Positions 18,391 through 29,314 of a DNA stretch of 64,000 nucleotides are shown here, in pieces. The translations under genes and the position numbers were made by a program. The notes beneath the pieces were generated by a model. The model saw only the letters and a program-made list of their open reading frames with translations, searched no databases and was not told the DNA's origin. Origin of the DNA: a virus (lineage: Duplodnaviria; Caudoviricetes); the IMG/VR virus record IMGVR_UViG_3300030372_004928, positions 1 through 64,000 of that record; one strand, written 5' to 3'. Position 1 is the stretch's first letter. The number at the start of each line of letters is the position of its first letter.

Positions 18391-20853
18391 ATGATAAAAT
18401 TTATAACTAACTCAAAAAAACATAATTTTCAAGGTAAAATTTTATCTGAAAGAGAAGGAAGGAGAGAACTAGAGGATTTTTTAGCAGAAAATAATAGAAT
18501 AGGAAAGCCAGTAGCAAAAGATTATGAAGCTACTGGTCTTGATGCTTATACATTAAAACCTTTATTATTAGGTTTAGGAAACAAACAAGTACAATATTGT
18601 ATTGATTTATGTTCAATAAATATTAAAAATTGGAAAATTCCTAGTGATTTAAAATACATAGGTCATAACATTAAATATGATATAAAATTAGAGATAATTA
18701 ATTTCAATTTTCATCATAAAAATGTTTATGACACTATGATTGCAGAACAAAAGATTTATCAAGGATGTCAATCTAATCCTAAATTTAAATTTAATTTATC
18801 TGCAGTAACTTTTAGACATTTAGGTATAGGCAGAAAACACGGAAAAGATACACGTTTAGATTTTATTAATGCTGACCCAAAAACATTTGTATTTGAGCAT
18901 AATCATATAGAATATTTAGCTGAAGATTTAATTAATTTAGAAGCTATTAAAGACAGTCAATATGATTATTTAACTGAATATGATTTAAAAAATTGGATGC
19001 ATGGAATAGAATTCCCTTTAATTTATCATTTAGCACAATGCGAGTTAAATGGTTTTAGATTTGATACTGAAAAATGGCAAAGTAATATAGATGAATCAAC
19101 TAAAATACGGCATAAATTAGCTTGTAAATTAGATGATGAATTTAGGAAATTAAGAGATACTTTACCAAAAGTAGAAAAATCTAGAATTTCAGGTGGTATG
19201 TATGATAGAAATAGAAATTTCAAATTACAGCAATTATCTACAAATTTATTTGGAACTGTAAAAAAAGTAAAAACTACAAAAGGTATTAATAATATTAATT
19301 GGGGTTCAGACAAAGTAATATTATATATATTAGCTTGTTTAAAACAACCAGCTCCTTTACAAGGTTCGATAGCCAAAAAATATAATTATTTAATACCTTG
19401 CTTAGACGACAATTTAAATAAGATTGTAGGTAATTGTGGATTTCTTAAAAGAAAAAAATTCTCTTTTAAACAAACAGCAGGAGAAGGATTTACTACAGGT
19501 AAAAACGCTTTAACAAAATATTTAATAGATTTTCCTAAAACACCTTTAAGAGATTTCATATTAATTCTTAAACAATGGAGAGAAGTTAATCATGAAATTA
19601 CATCATTTGGAGAAAATTTCTTAGAAAAAATTAATCCAATAACAGGAAAATTACATACTATTTTTAGACAAGCAAATGCAGTAAATAGTAGATTTCAATC
19701 TGGTGGAGGATATTTAGAATCAGATAAATATAATGCTCAAAATATCCCTAGAAAGAAAAAGTTTAGACATTGTTTTAAAGGAGATTTAATTTTTGGAAAA
19801 GAATCTTCAATAGTTACTTGTGATTTATCTGGTGCAGAAGTTGCAATATTATGTGACAAAAGTGGAGATAAAAATTTATATAAATGGGCGATTGAACAAG
19901 ATGATACACATTCGCCAATGGTTCAAAATGTATGGAGAACTATTTATTTATATAGAGCAGGTAAATTAGAAGGAAAATGGAATAACCCAAAAGAATTTGA
20001 AAAATTAATGGGGAAACCAAACGATTTAGATAAAAGCAAAAATGAAGAAGTACTTTATTGGTATAATTTATCTAAAACTTTTATTGTTTCTAAAACTAAA
20101 AACAAAGCTTATAGACAAGCAGGCAAAAATGGAACATTTGGAGGTTTATATGGAATGAAAGCTAATAAAGCTGCTGAAACATTTAATGGTACTGATTCTG
20201 AATTAATGAAAATAAATCCTAATTATATTCCTGTTAATGTAACAGAAGAAGAAGGACATATTATATTATTAGCTCAAAAATCAGTAATACCAGATGCTTA
20301 TGCTTATGTTGAAAGTAATGTTAAAAAAGCTTTTTCACAAGGCTATTTACAATACGACAATAAAAGCAAATCAAGAATATGGTTTCCAGATGTTTTAAAA
20401 TTATTTAAAGAGATCGAAGAACATCATGAAAAAGAATACAATATTTTAAATCCTCAAATTGTTTATTTAGGGAATGGTAAATATAAAGTTATTCAAACTG
20501 AAGAAAGGTATGAATTATCTTATGTTTCTAAGAAAAACATAGATGGACAAGCAAGAAATGTTCCTATTAGTGGAACACAAGCTGATTGTATTAAAGAAGC
20601 TATTATAGAAATTTGTAATTATGCAGATATAAATAATTATAAAGATATAAAATGGTTATCTCAAGTACATGATGAACTTGTATTTTCAATGCCTAAAAGA
20701 ATTGACGGTCAAAGTAAAGAATATAAATCATCTAAAAGAAAAATTAATTTTCCAGAATATGTTAGAAAAACAATGATAAATGCGGCTAATAGACATATGT
20801 CGCGTGTAAAAATGGGAGCAGATTATGATGTTCTCGATTCTTGGACAAAATAA
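18391..20853 (+). CDS. polA: Family A DNA polymerase with 3'-5' exonuclease
   Basis: Exo motifs DYE, HNIKYD and YLAED; Pol motif A DLSGAE, motif B RQAGKNGTFGGLYG, motif C QVHDEL. Confidence 0.9.
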   Translation: MIKFITNSKKHNFQGKILSEREGRRELEDFLAENNRIGKPVAKDYEATGLDAYTLKPLLLGLGNKQVQYCIDLCSINIKNWKIPSDLKYIGHNIKYDIKLEIINFNFHHKNVYDTMIAEQKIYQGCQSNPKFKFNLSAVTFRHLGIGRKHGKDTRLDFINADPKTFVFEHNHIEYLAEDLINLEAIKDSQYDYLTEYDLKNWMHGIEFPLIYHLAQCELNGFRFDTEKWQSNIDESTKIRHKLACKLDDEFRKLRDTLPKVEKSRISGGMYDRNRNFKLQQLSTNLFGTVKKVKTTKGINNINWGSDKVILYILACLKQPAPLQGSIAKKYNYLIPCLDDNLNKIVGNCGFLKRKKFSFKQTAGEGFTTGKNALTKYLIDFPKTPLRDFILILKQWREVNHEITSFGENFLEKINPITGKLHTIFRQANAVNSRFQSGGGYLESDKYNAQNIPRKKKFRHCFKGDLIFGKESSIVTCDLSGAEVAILCDKSGDKNLYKWAIEQDDTHSPMVQNVWRTIYLYRAGKLEGKWNNPKEFEKLMGKPNDLDKSKNEEVLYWYNLSKTFIVSKTKNKAYRQAGKNGTFGGLYGMKANKAAETFNGTDSELMKINPNYIPVNVTEEEGHIILLAQKSVIPDAYAYVESNVKKAFSQGYLQYDNKSKSRIWFPDVLKLFKEIEEHHEKEYNILNPQIVYLGNGKYKVIQTEERYELSYVSKKNIDGQARNVPISGTQADCIKEAIIEICNYADINNYKDIKWLSQVHDELVFSMPKRIDGQSKEYKSSKRKINFPEYVRKTMINAANRHMSRVKMGADYDVLDSWTK

Positions 20854-21620
20854 AAAAAATTATGAAAGCCTTTATTATTTCGATTGTTACCTACATAACA
20901 AGTTTATTTGGTTGTGAAAATATTGATATTTATGCAGGCAGATATGCTCAAGTTTTTAACCCTGTTTATAATGAAATAGGTGTGCCAGTAGATAGAGAAT
21001 GGCTTACTTCAAATGAATGGAAAGGTTTACATATAAAAAATCCAATAAAAAGAAAGAAGTTTAAATTATGGAAAAGACATAAGATAAACGAATTTATTGA
21101 TTTTATGTGTATAGCTGCTATTGAAGAAGCAAAAGTATATCCTGATATACCTCCTGAAATTATAGTTGCACAAGCTATATTGGAAAGTAATTATGGATTT
21201 AGTAAATTATGTCATCAAAGTAATAATTATTATGGACACAAATACTGGGGTAAAAACAAAAAAGCTTACGTCATTGCTCATGACGATAGTCCAACAGATA
21301 GGTTTAGAAAATTTAAATCTAAATGGTGGTCAATTCGGGCACATTCAAAACTTCTCACTAAAAAATACAGACACCGAATTAAAGGAAAACCAACAATAAA
21401 AGCTTGGTGTGAAGCATTTTGTGGAGGTAATACTACAGCAAAATCTAAAGCATTTGTACAAGCTGGTGGGCAAGTATATGCTACCTCTTGTTATAAAGGA
21501 GTTTGTTATGGTAATAAAATAAAACATTTAATTAAAAGACTACGTTTAAAAAAACTTATTAAAAAGCATGGAAAGCAAAACAATAAGACAAAAAGAATTC
21601 GCAGAAAAATGGCGAAATAG
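20841..21620 (+). CDS. Glucosaminidase (FlgJ/GH73-like), possible lipoprotein
   Basis: VAQAILES.YG.S.L....NNYYG.K and YATS motifs. From Met8 a signal ending LFG|C. Confidence 0.75.
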   Translation: MDKIKKIMKAFIISIVTYITSLFGCENIDIYAGRYAQVFNPVYNEIGVPVDREWLTSNEWKGLHIKNPIKRKKFKLWKRHKINEFIDFMCIAAIEEAKVYPDIPPEIIVAQAILESNYGFSKLCHQSNNYYGHKYWGKNKKAYVIAHDDSPTDRFRKFKSKWWSIRAHSKLLTKKYRHRIKGKPTIKAWCEAFCGGNTTAKSKAFVQAGGQVYATSCYKGVCYGNKIKHLIKRLRLKKLIKKHGKQNNKTKRIRRKMAK

Positions 21621-23028
21621 TACTAAATATGGTTCAAATAAAAACGGTAGTGGAACATTTTGGGCTGTTACAGGTTTTGGAAAAACTTATGGTACTATTC
21701 AAGAAATCATAAAACCATTTTTAAATAAAAGTGTAAGTAATTACATTACTATATTAGTTTCAAGAGAAGTCCATTATCATCATTGGATTCGTGAATTGAA
21801 TTCTCATATAAAAAGTTTAGATATAAGAAAAAGAGTAAAAGTTGTAACAGTACAATATCTTATAAAGAATGACTTACGCTTATCTACAAATCTACTTATA
21901 GTAGATGAATTACATAAATTTTATAGTGAAGAATATATTCGATATATAAATGGAGATTATATACAATTCACTTATAATTTAGGATTAACTGCAACATTCC
22001 TTGACCCTAGAGGTAGACATAGACAGATTTTAGATTTATATTATCCTATAGATATTATCAGTCAAACAGAAGCTTTAGAGAAAGGTTGGATTTCGCAATT
22101 TATAGAATATAATCTTACTGTTAATTTACACCCACAAGAAAAAAAGGAATACATTGGGTATCAAGACCAAATTAACAAGCATCTTCCAAAATTTGGAGAT
22201 CATGGTATTAGAGCAGCATTTCTTTGTCATCGAGGAGGAAAAGGAAGAAATGGTATATATAGAACTGCACAAGAATGGGCAGAACAATATGCCAGTCATA
22301 TGGGATGGAAATCCAGTATGAGTTCTAGTCATCATATTTATAAATTATGGAATCCTTCAATTATTAGAGGATATGCAAGAAGAGTTGTTGAAAATTTAAA
22401 AAATATCAACGATTTTTTGTATAATAATGATAGTAAATACTGTGCAGCAATGGAAATATTAAAAAAATTCCATAATAAAAAGATTATGACATTTGGTCAA
22501 TCTACAAAATTTGCTGACGAGTTAACAGATTGGTTCAACAAAGAGAAATTAGGTGTAGCAGTTTCATATCATACACAAATGAAAAGTAGACCTCTTACAA
22601 ATCAACATGGAGAGTTTATTAGATATAAAACAGGAAAAAGAGCAGGCGAAATAAAGAAGTTTGGTCTTACTACACTTAAAAAGTTAACAGTTGAAGCATT
22701 TATTAACGGAACAGCAAATGTTTTATGTACTGCATCAGCAATGGATGAAAATTTTGATTGCCCTGATATTGAAGTAGGATTAATTACAGCTCGTACAAGT
22801 AATCCTAATAAACAATTACAAAGAGGGGGAAGAATTAAACGATTACTACCAAAAAACCCTAAAGCAGTAATGCTTATAATTAATTTGTACTGTCAAGGTA
22901 CAAAAGATTATGATTGGCTTAGAATTAGTCAATCAAAAAATGAGCATTATGTAAAATGGGTTGAAAGCGTCGAAGATATAGATTTTACTATACATAATAA
23001 CGATGTATACGATATTTCTAGTATTTAA
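21568..23028 (+). CDS. SF2 helicase (UvsW/ResIII-like)
   Basis: TGFGKT, VDELH, LTAT, QRGGR. Confidence 0.85.
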   Translation: MESKTIRQKEFAEKWRNSTKYGSNKNGSGTFWAVTGFGKTYGTIQEIIKPFLNKSVSNYITILVSREVHYHHWIRELNSHIKSLDIRKRVKVVTVQYLIKNDLRLSTNLLIVDELHKFYSEEYIRYINGDYIQFTYNLGLTATFLDPRGRHRQILDLYYPIDIISQTEALEKGWISQFIEYNLTVNLHPQEKKEYIGYQDQINKHLPKFGDHGIRAAFLCHRGGKGRNGIYRTAQEWAEQYASHMGWKSSMSSSHHIYKLWNPSIIRGYARRVVENLKNINDFLYNNDSKYCAAMEILKKFHNKKIMTFGQSTKFADELTDWFNKEKLGVAVSYHTQMKSRPLTNQHGEFIRYKTGKRAGEIKKFGLTTLKKLTVEAFINGTANVLCTASAMDENFDCPDIEVGLITARTSNPNKQLQRGGRIKRLLPKNPKAVMLIINLYCQGTKDYDWLRISQSKNEHYVKWVESVEDIDFTIHNNDVYDISSI

Positions 23029-23051
23029 TCATTTTATTATTTATTAACACA

Positions 23052-23615
23052 ATGCGCAGTTATGACAGAATTATTGATTACTGTATTGAACACAAAATTA
23101 CTGTGGAGCAATACATGGTTTTGCATTTACTTTTCTGTAAAAAAGTCAGTACCATAAAATTATATGCAAATACTTTTCCTTACAAAAAAGGTAAATTTCT
23201 ATCTATAAAAGAAAGAGATGATTTAATTGATAGAGATTTCCTTATTAAAGAAACTGTAGGATACAGTATAGGCGAAAAATTTAAGGTTATTTATGCAGAT
23301 AAATTTAATGCAGGAAATGAATTATGGTGTTTATATCCTGGTTTTGTTCGTAAAAAAGATGGAACGATGATACCACTCACATCAATGAGTAAACAAATTT
23401 TTAGAGTAGCTTATTGGGATGCTATTAATGGAGATAGATTAGAACATGATGCTATTATGGAAGATGTTAAATATGGTATAAAACATAATTTATTAAATTT
23501 TGGAATAAAAAAATTCCTAGAAGCAGAATATTGGACTAAATTGAGAGATTTAAGATTAAACAAAGTAAACAAATTAGATAATCTTACAACAATTCAAACA
23601 GATGACGACTTCTAA
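23052..23615 (+). CDS. Hypothetical protein, possible replication initiator or helicase loader
   Basis: Directly precedes and overlaps DnaB; function inferred from position only. Confidence 0.45.
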   Translation: MRSYDRIIDYCIEHKITVEQYMVLHLLFCKKVSTIKLYANTFPYKKGKFLSIKERDDLIDRDFLIKETVGYSIGEKFKVIYADKFNAGNELWCLYPGFVRKKDGTMIPLTSMSKQIFRVAYWDAINGDRLEHDAIMEDVKYGIKHNLLNFGIKKFLEAEYWTKLRDLRLNKVNKLDNLTTIQTDDDF

Positions 23616-24774
23616 TTTCGAAGATTACAAAGGTTTAATATTCACACCTACAGCTGATGCCATTAGTGAAGCAGCAGCACGTATAGATGAAGAAAGGTCA
23701 GGAGAACAACACGGACTTTATTGTAGATGGGATGCTTTAGATAGAGCTATGTTAAAATATTGGAGATTCAGACATGTTACCTTAATTGCAGGTATGTCTG
23801 GTTCGGGAAAATCTTATTTTCTAAATATGCTTAGACAAGATTTTCTTGATAATATCGATATTGTATATAGAAATATTGAAGCATTCACTTTAAATGAATA
23901 TGAAGCAACAGGTGTTTATTATGACCCCGATACTAAAAAAGCAGGTTATCCTGATGAGGAAAACTTAGCTAATGCACTTTATTATCCAAGTGCATCTTTA
24001 ATAAAATATGACAATCAGTTAATTCACAAAGCAATAAACAAAGGATGTATACATAAAGTTATTTGTGTACATTTTGGTTATGAAATGGATGCCGCTGATG
24101 AATTACTTAGAGGTGCAAGTAATAGATTAGGAAAATCTTATGGCTACTTAATGTCAAGTCAATGGGATAAAAAACTAAAAGATTATGTAAAACTTACCGA
24201 TGTAGAAACGAATAGTTGTAAAGAAGTTCTAGAGAGTTTCAGAAACCGTAAAGAATTCTATATAGCAACTACTGGTAACTTAAAGCAAGTTTATTGGACA
24301 GTAGAGAAAATACAAAATATGTACCCCGACCACAAACTTGTAGTATCTATAGACCATACTCTTCTCAGTAAAAAATTAGACGAGAGAAACGACATGGAAT
24401 TACAATCTGCAACCGCTTTATTAGGTATAGATATACGCACTGATTTCAATGCTATGTTTATTCCTTTAGGGCAATTAAATCAAAATATTGAAGCAGAAGA
24501 AAGAATATTGAAAAATGCAATGCATTATCCCGGGAAAAAGGATATTCATTGCGGTAGTCAATTATGGTGGGCATGCGACAATGTACTAATTAATCATAGA
24601 CCTATAAATCTAAATATTCATGAATACGGAATTGATGGACTATCAACGAAGCACCTAATACATGGTGCAATGATAAAAAGCCGTAAAGGAAAGATTGGTA
24701 ATTTATGGTTTAAAGAAGATTTCAATCACGGGCGAATATTAAGTGCTGTGAAAAGTGATTTTAGGGTTAATTAA
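23602..24774 (+). CDS. dnaB: DnaB-like (SF4) replicative helicase
   Basis: IAGMSGSGKS Walker A, YEM, IDH, GQLNQ, KSRKG arginine finger. Confidence 0.85.
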   Translation: MTTSNFEDYKGLIFTPTADAISEAAARIDEERSGEQHGLYCRWDALDRAMLKYWRFRHVTLIAGMSGSGKSYFLNMLRQDFLDNIDIVYRNIEAFTLNEYEATGVYYDPDTKKAGYPDEENLANALYYPSASLIKYDNQLIHKAINKGCIHKVICVHFGYEMDAADELLRGASNRLGKSYGYLMSSQWDKKLKDYVKLTDVETNSCKEVLESFRNRKEFYIATTGNLKQVYWTVEKIQNMYPDHKLVVSIDHTLLSKKLDERNDMELQSATALLGIDIRTDFNAMFIPLGQLNQNIEAEERILKNAMHYPGKKDIHCGSQLWWACDNVLINHRPINLNIHEYGIDGLSTKHLIHGAMIKSRKGKIGNLWFKEDFNHGRILSAVKSDFRVN

Positions 24775-24822
24775 CTTAAATATTTTATTAAAAAATTTTA
24801 TAATCTCATTATCTTTATAAAC

Positions 24823-25656
24823 ATGAAAAAGAAAAAAAAAGAGATTGAAAATGAGTTAGTAGCAACAAGTTGGGTAAATGAAAGTTCATTTCCTCAAATG
24901 TTTGAACATGCTCAAAAATTAGTGACAAGTGCATTAGTACCATTTAAAAAACCAGAAGATTTAGTTTTAGTATGGCAATATGGAAAAGACATAGGATTGT
25001 CATTTTCTCAAGCTATTAATGAATTATATCCAATACCTGGTTCTGGAGGTACAAGAGTGTGTGCAGGTGTACATGTTCACGAAGGAATTCTTTTAGCAGG
25101 AGATATACAGTATGAAATCATTGAAGATGCTATTGAAGTACAGCATTATAAAATCAAAGGTTTAGGTACTGTTATATTATCTATGAAAGAAGTTCAACAA
25201 AAAATTGAAGAAGGTTACTATCAAATAGTAACTCCTGCAGATTTCGATAAAAATGGAAAATTAAATATTGAACAAACTGCTAAATTCTTCATTATGAGAA
25301 TTGATTGTCCACATCTTCCTGAAGGTTATTCAAATAGAAGGACATCAATTAGATTTATTCGTAAATCTAAAAACATAGATCAAATTGTAGATTATTATTT
25401 ACACGAAGCTGCTCAAGCAGGTTTTCTTTCAAAAGGTAATTGGGTACAACATCAAAGAGCGATGCTATATGCTAGATGTTTTACTAAAGGAGCAAAAAGA
25501 TATGGCTCTGACTTACTTAAAAATTTGGGAGAAACAAGTGAGGTAGCACAATATAGTGGTGTAGATTATACATTTGATGAAAAAGGAAATGCAACTATAG
25601 ATACATCTTTTGAAGAAGTAGAGGAAGATGTTGAAATTTCCGACAAATCCGAGTAA
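24823..25656 (+). CDS. RecT/Red-beta-like ssDNA annealing protein
   Basis: G..IGL...QA...LY.I N-terminal pattern; NW.QH.RAMLYAR....GAKRY.SD.L; acidic tail. Confidence 0.65.
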   Translation: MKKKKKEIENELVATSWVNESSFPQMFEHAQKLVTSALVPFKKPEDLVLVWQYGKDIGLSFSQAINELYPIPGSGGTRVCAGVHVHEGILLAGDIQYEIIEDAIEVQHYKIKGLGTVILSMKEVQQKIEEGYYQIVTPADFDKNGKLNIEQTAKFFIMRIDCPHLPEGYSNRRTSIRFIRKSKNIDQIVDYYLHEAAQAGFLSKGNWVQHQRAMLYARCFTKGAKRYGSDLLKNLGETSEVAQYSGVDYTFDEKGNATIDTSFEEVEEDVEISDKSE

Positions 25657-25699
25657 TTATTATCATTTATTTATTAATTTATTAAATTTTTTTTGTATT

Positions 25700-26311
25700 A
25701 TGAAAAATACGTTTGATTTTACATCTTTTAGAAAAGATGTTACGTTTGAGACTTTAACAATTCAAGTATCTCAAGAAGAAGCTCCTTACATCAGTACTAC
25801 ATCTAATAATGGAACAATTAAAATTAATACACTTGCCTGTAAGATTTTAAATATACCATACGGAGAAATAAATGTTGATAGAGGAAATGCAGGAGTTAGA
25901 ATAGATTTTAGACGACAAAATTTTGGTGGAGAAGAAAGTATAGTTACATTTTTGCAGCCATTAGGTAGTAAAAATGGAGCAAAATTAGCTTCTCCTTCAA
26001 AACAAAATGGAGGAGTTTTACAATGTTCTACATCTAATGCATGGCATAATTTAGGTGGTAATCAAGAAAAACTTGTTTATTATACAATTAGCTCAAACGA
26101 TAACGCTGTTTTATTTAATGACCACGCTGTATGTACATTTGAACAAGCAGAAGAAGCAGGTTTAATTAAAGACAATATGTGGACTGCTTTAGCTGAAGAA
26201 AATGAAATAGCAAATGAAGGTAGCCCTGTTACAATCTATTACAGATTAACATACGCTAAAGAAGAACAAAAAAGAGCTTCTAAAGCGACTGGTAGACCTA
26301 AAAAATCTTAG
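25700..26311 (+). CDS. Hypothetical protein (likely start 25700; track begins at 25628)
   Basis: The track N-terminal extension overlaps the previous gene and is low complexity. Confidence 0.6.
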   Translation: MKNTFDFTSFRKDVTFETLTIQVSQEEAPYISTTSNNGTIKINTLACKILNIPYGEINVDRGNAGVRIDFRRQNFGGEESIVTFLQPLGSKNGAKLASPSKQNGGVLQCSTSNAWHNLGGNQEKLVYYTISSNDNAVLFNDHAVCTFEQAEEAGLIKDNMWTALAEENEIANEGSPVTIYYRLTYAKEEQKRASKATGRPKKS

Positions 26312-26326
26312 AATTAATATTTTTAA

Positions 26327-26357
26327 AAAACCCTGTTAATTAAATTAACGGGGTTTT
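26327..26357 (+). terminator. Intrinsic terminator
   Basis: AAAACCCTGTTAAT-TAA-ATTAACGGGGTTTT. Confidence 0.65.
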
Positions 26358-26391
26358 AAACCTATTTTTTAATTTATATAAATTTTATATT

Positions 26392-27090
26392 ATGGCAAAA
26401 CGTAAAGCCGTTGGCACAGAAGTTACAGGAAAGAATAACGTGCCTTTTAAAGTATCTCCTGACAAACCATTTAATTTAGCAGCAATTGAATCCGTTGCAG
26501 TTTCGTGGAGAACAAATGATGATGATGAAAAAATTCCTTCATTAGTATTTGTTTTTCATAGTGAAAACAAAGAACGTACACACATTCATTATGAAAACAT
26601 GATTGAAGGCGATTTGGGTAAATTAACTGAAAGCAAAAGAATAAATGCTCAAGATGCACATCTTGCACATATGTTTAATTGTTTTATGGGAGATGGAGCA
26701 CACACAACTGCAGGACCAGAAAATTCTCCATTAGGTACTGTTGTAGGTAAAGTTGATGGAAAAAAAGCTATTTTAGAAGATGCAGATTATGATAAATTCT
26801 TCGAATCTGTTGCAGATAGTTTTAATAAAGGAAGAGGAGGAAAACCTGTCTTTAAAACTAAAGAAGGTAAAGCAATTCCATTTTGGTTGAAATTAACTTA
26901 TTCTCCAAAAGGACAATTACAAATTCCATTATTTAATAACTTTATGGATAGGTATAGAGAAGGACATGATTGTTTACTAACTATTAATCCTCAATATGAT
27001 AGAGTACAACAACCTTCTGCAAATGCAAATCCTTTAGCTGCAACTAATGTAGCTGCAACTGTAGTAAAACCTAAAGGATTCGAATTTTAA
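26392..27090 (+). CDS. Hypothetical protein, possible ssDNA-binding protein
   Basis: Between annealase and primase, bracketed by terminators; flexible tail ending GFEF. Inference. Confidence 0.45.
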   Translation: MAKRKAVGTEVTGKNNVPFKVSPDKPFNLAAIESVAVSWRTNDDDEKIPSLVFVFHSENKERTHIHYENMIEGDLGKLTESKRINAQDAHLAHMFNCFMGDGAHTTAGPENSPLGTVVGKVDGKKAILEDADYDKFFESVADSFNKGRGGKPVFKTKEGKAIPFWLKLTYSPKGQLQIPLFNNFMDRYREGHDCLLTINPQYDRVQQPSANANPLAATNVAATVVKPKGFEF

Positions 27091-27117
27091 GTTTAAATAG
27101 GTTTTTGATTTATTATG

Positions 27118-27153
27118 AGGGGTGTAATAGAATTTTTCTATGCACCCCTTTTT
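27118..27153 (+). terminator. Intrinsic terminator
   Basis: AGGGGTGT..ATAGAA/TTCTAT..GCACCCCT followed by Ts. Confidence 0.7.
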
Positions 27154-27164
27154 AAACCCATAAT

Positions 27165-28283
27165 ATGAAGAAGAGAATTACATTACCAAAATTGACTATA
27201 AAATATATCCTAAGTAAAATTTCAGCTGAAGAAATATTTAGTTATTATTGGAATATTTCTTTACAAGATATTTCTTATTGTATAAATACAGGAAAAGCAA
27301 TGTTTGCTCCTTATAGAAAAGATGTAAATAAACCAAGTTTAGGTTTCTATCTAAAAAATGAAAAACTTTATGCAAGAGATTTTGGGGGATATTTTTGGGG
27401 AGATTGTTTTGATGCAGTAGCTTTTATATTAAAATTAGGAAAATCTGGAAGTGAATTTGGAAAGTTATTAGATACTATTGCAAAAGATTTTGGAATACAT
27501 AAATATAAAAGTAAAAGTAATAGTACTTACACTAGAAAAATCAAAACAAAATCTATAAAAAAATCTAAAATTGAAATTACAGTTAGTGCAAGAGATTGGA
27601 ATTCTTATGATGCTAATTATTGGAAAGAAAAATATAATATAGGTAGTAAATTATTGAAAGAATATTATGTATATCCTGTAGATACAGCATTTATCAATGG
27701 ATTATTATGTTATACTTACGATATTTATAATCCTTGTTATGCTTATTTTTTTGGATTAGATGATGATGGAATTCAAAATTGGAAACTATATTATCCTTTT
27801 GCCAATAGTAAGAAAGGACAATCTAAATTTATGCAAAATAGTTCTTGTATAGAAGGTGCTTTACAAATTAGAAAAGCAAAATATGGAATTATCACAAAAA
27901 GTTATAAAGATGTAATTGCTTTAGAAAATGTGATTAGAAAAACCTCTTTACCTATACTGGCTTTAGCTACTCCTTCTGAAAGTACTTTATTATCTGAAAA
28001 TCAATATAAAACTATTATGACATATGTTGATGTTTTATATACTTTATCAGATTATGACAGAACAGGGTTAAAATTTGCTTCTAAAATGAGGAAAAAATAT
28101 AATACTATTCCTTTATTATTTACAAGAGGTTTATTTAATAAATATGATTTTAAAGCTAAAGATTTTAGTGATAATATAGAAAAACATGGATTTAACAATC
28201 TATGCAAATTAACAAACAATATTTATAAACATGGTCATAAAGACTTTTTAAAGAAATTTACAAATGAACAAATCTTTAGATAA
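27165..28283 (+). CDS. DNA primase (crAss-type TOPRIM)
   Basis: PYRKD..PS, RDFGG...GDCF, ITKSYKD, PSE, DYDRTG, KDFSD. Confidence 0.8.
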   Translation: MKKRITLPKLTIKYILSKISAEEIFSYYWNISLQDISYCINTGKAMFAPYRKDVNKPSLGFYLKNEKLYARDFGGYFWGDCFDAVAFILKLGKSGSEFGKLLDTIAKDFGIHKYKSKSNSTYTRKIKTKSIKKSKIEITVSARDWNSYDANYWKEKYNIGSKLLKEYYVYPVDTAFINGLLCYTYDIYNPCYAYFFGLDDDGIQNWKLYYPFANSKKGQSKFMQNSSCIEGALQIRKAKYGIITKSYKDVIALENVIRKTSLPILALATPSESTLLSENQYKTIMTYVDVLYTLSDYDRTGLKFASKMRKKYNTIPLLFTRGLFNKYDFKAKDFSDNIEKHGFNNLCKLTNNIYKHGHKDFLKKFTNEQIFR

Positions 28284-28791
28284 AAGACAAACTCCTTATC
28301 CAAAATATGTATTACATAAGCGAGTTAAATTTTTAACTTTAAATGAGCAGGAATCTAAAAATCATTTAATTAAAACAAGAGTAACATCTTTAAATGAAAA
28401 TCAATATGAAGCTATTACATTTTTAATTAATAATAAAGATGAATTGAATTCTTGGGAAAAAACTAAATTAAAAGATTTATATAAAAGTCTTAATGCTAAT
28501 AAATTAAGATATGATCTTAGGTCAAAAACTGTTAGTATTGGAAAAACAAAAATAAAACTTGACGATATTTTAATAATAGATAAATCTGAAAAATGTACTC
28601 TTAATATATCTAAACATTTAAAGTACAAAATTATTAGAGAAAATAAATATTGGTATAATTACGGAGGAGAATTTTATGATTATTTTGGTACAGGATTACA
28701 AGAAGTAAGTGCTGCTTGGAAAACTATATTACAAATAATCTCTTGCGATGATTATTGTTTAATATTTAAAGTTAGTAAAAAATTATTATAA
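28264..28791 (+). CDS. Hypothetical protein
   Basis: ORF track. Confidence 0.6.
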   Translation: MNKSLDKRQTPYPKYVLHKRVKFLTLNEQESKNHLIKTRVTSLNENQYEAITFLINNKDELNSWEKTKLKDLYKSLNANKLRYDLRSKTVSIGKTKIKLDDILIIDKSEKCTLNISKHLKYKIIRENKYWYNYGGEFYDYFGTGLQEVSAAWKTILQIISCDDYCLIFKVSKKLL

Positions 28792-28814
28792 AAAAATTTA
28801 AAATTTTATAAAAA

Positions 28815-29309
28815 ATGAGTGACGACCTTATTAAATTTGGAAATAATGTAGAAGTTTCAGAAGTTTCTAATCAAATTATTGATAATATAATAGATGGAAA
28901 TTTAGACCCTCTACATGTAGCAATTTCATTTAAACGTATACAAAAAGTTATAGATTCTGTTAAAAATAATACAGAAATTAAAGAAGCTATTAATAGAGAA
29001 ACTTTAAAATATACTACAGGAAATGAAAAAAGACCTGCATTTGGAGCAATGGTAGAATATGCCCCTACATATACAAAATATGATTATAAAGCTTGTAATC
29101 ATCCAGAATTAGAAGAATATAATAAAATATTAATTATATGTAAAGCACGTATAAAAGAATTAGAAAAAGAACTACAAAGTGCTCCTTCTGGTGGAGTAGA
29201 TATTATTGTAGAAACAGAACCAAAATTAGATATTGTAAGTAGTGGAGAGGTAGTTAAAGTATATCCTCCTACTAAAAAACAAACCTTTGGCACAAAAATA
29301 TTTGTTTAA
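28815..29309 (+). CDS. Hypothetical phage protein
   Basis: ORF track; followed by a terminator. Confidence 0.7.
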   Translation: MSDDLIKFGNNVEVSEVSNQIIDNIIDGNLDPLHVAISFKRIQKVIDSVKNNTEIKEAINRETLKYTTGNEKRPAFGAMVEYAPTYTKYDYKACNHPELEEYNKILIICKARIKELEKELQSAPSGGVDIIVETEPKLDIVSSGEVVKVYPPTKKQTFGTKIFV

Positions 29310-29314
29310 ATAAA

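Noticed and set aside
18391-24774. Inteins or introns in PolA, DnaB or TerL
   Set aside because: The insertions lack C/S...HN splice motifs and LAGLIDADG/HNH signatures, and the frames are continuous.
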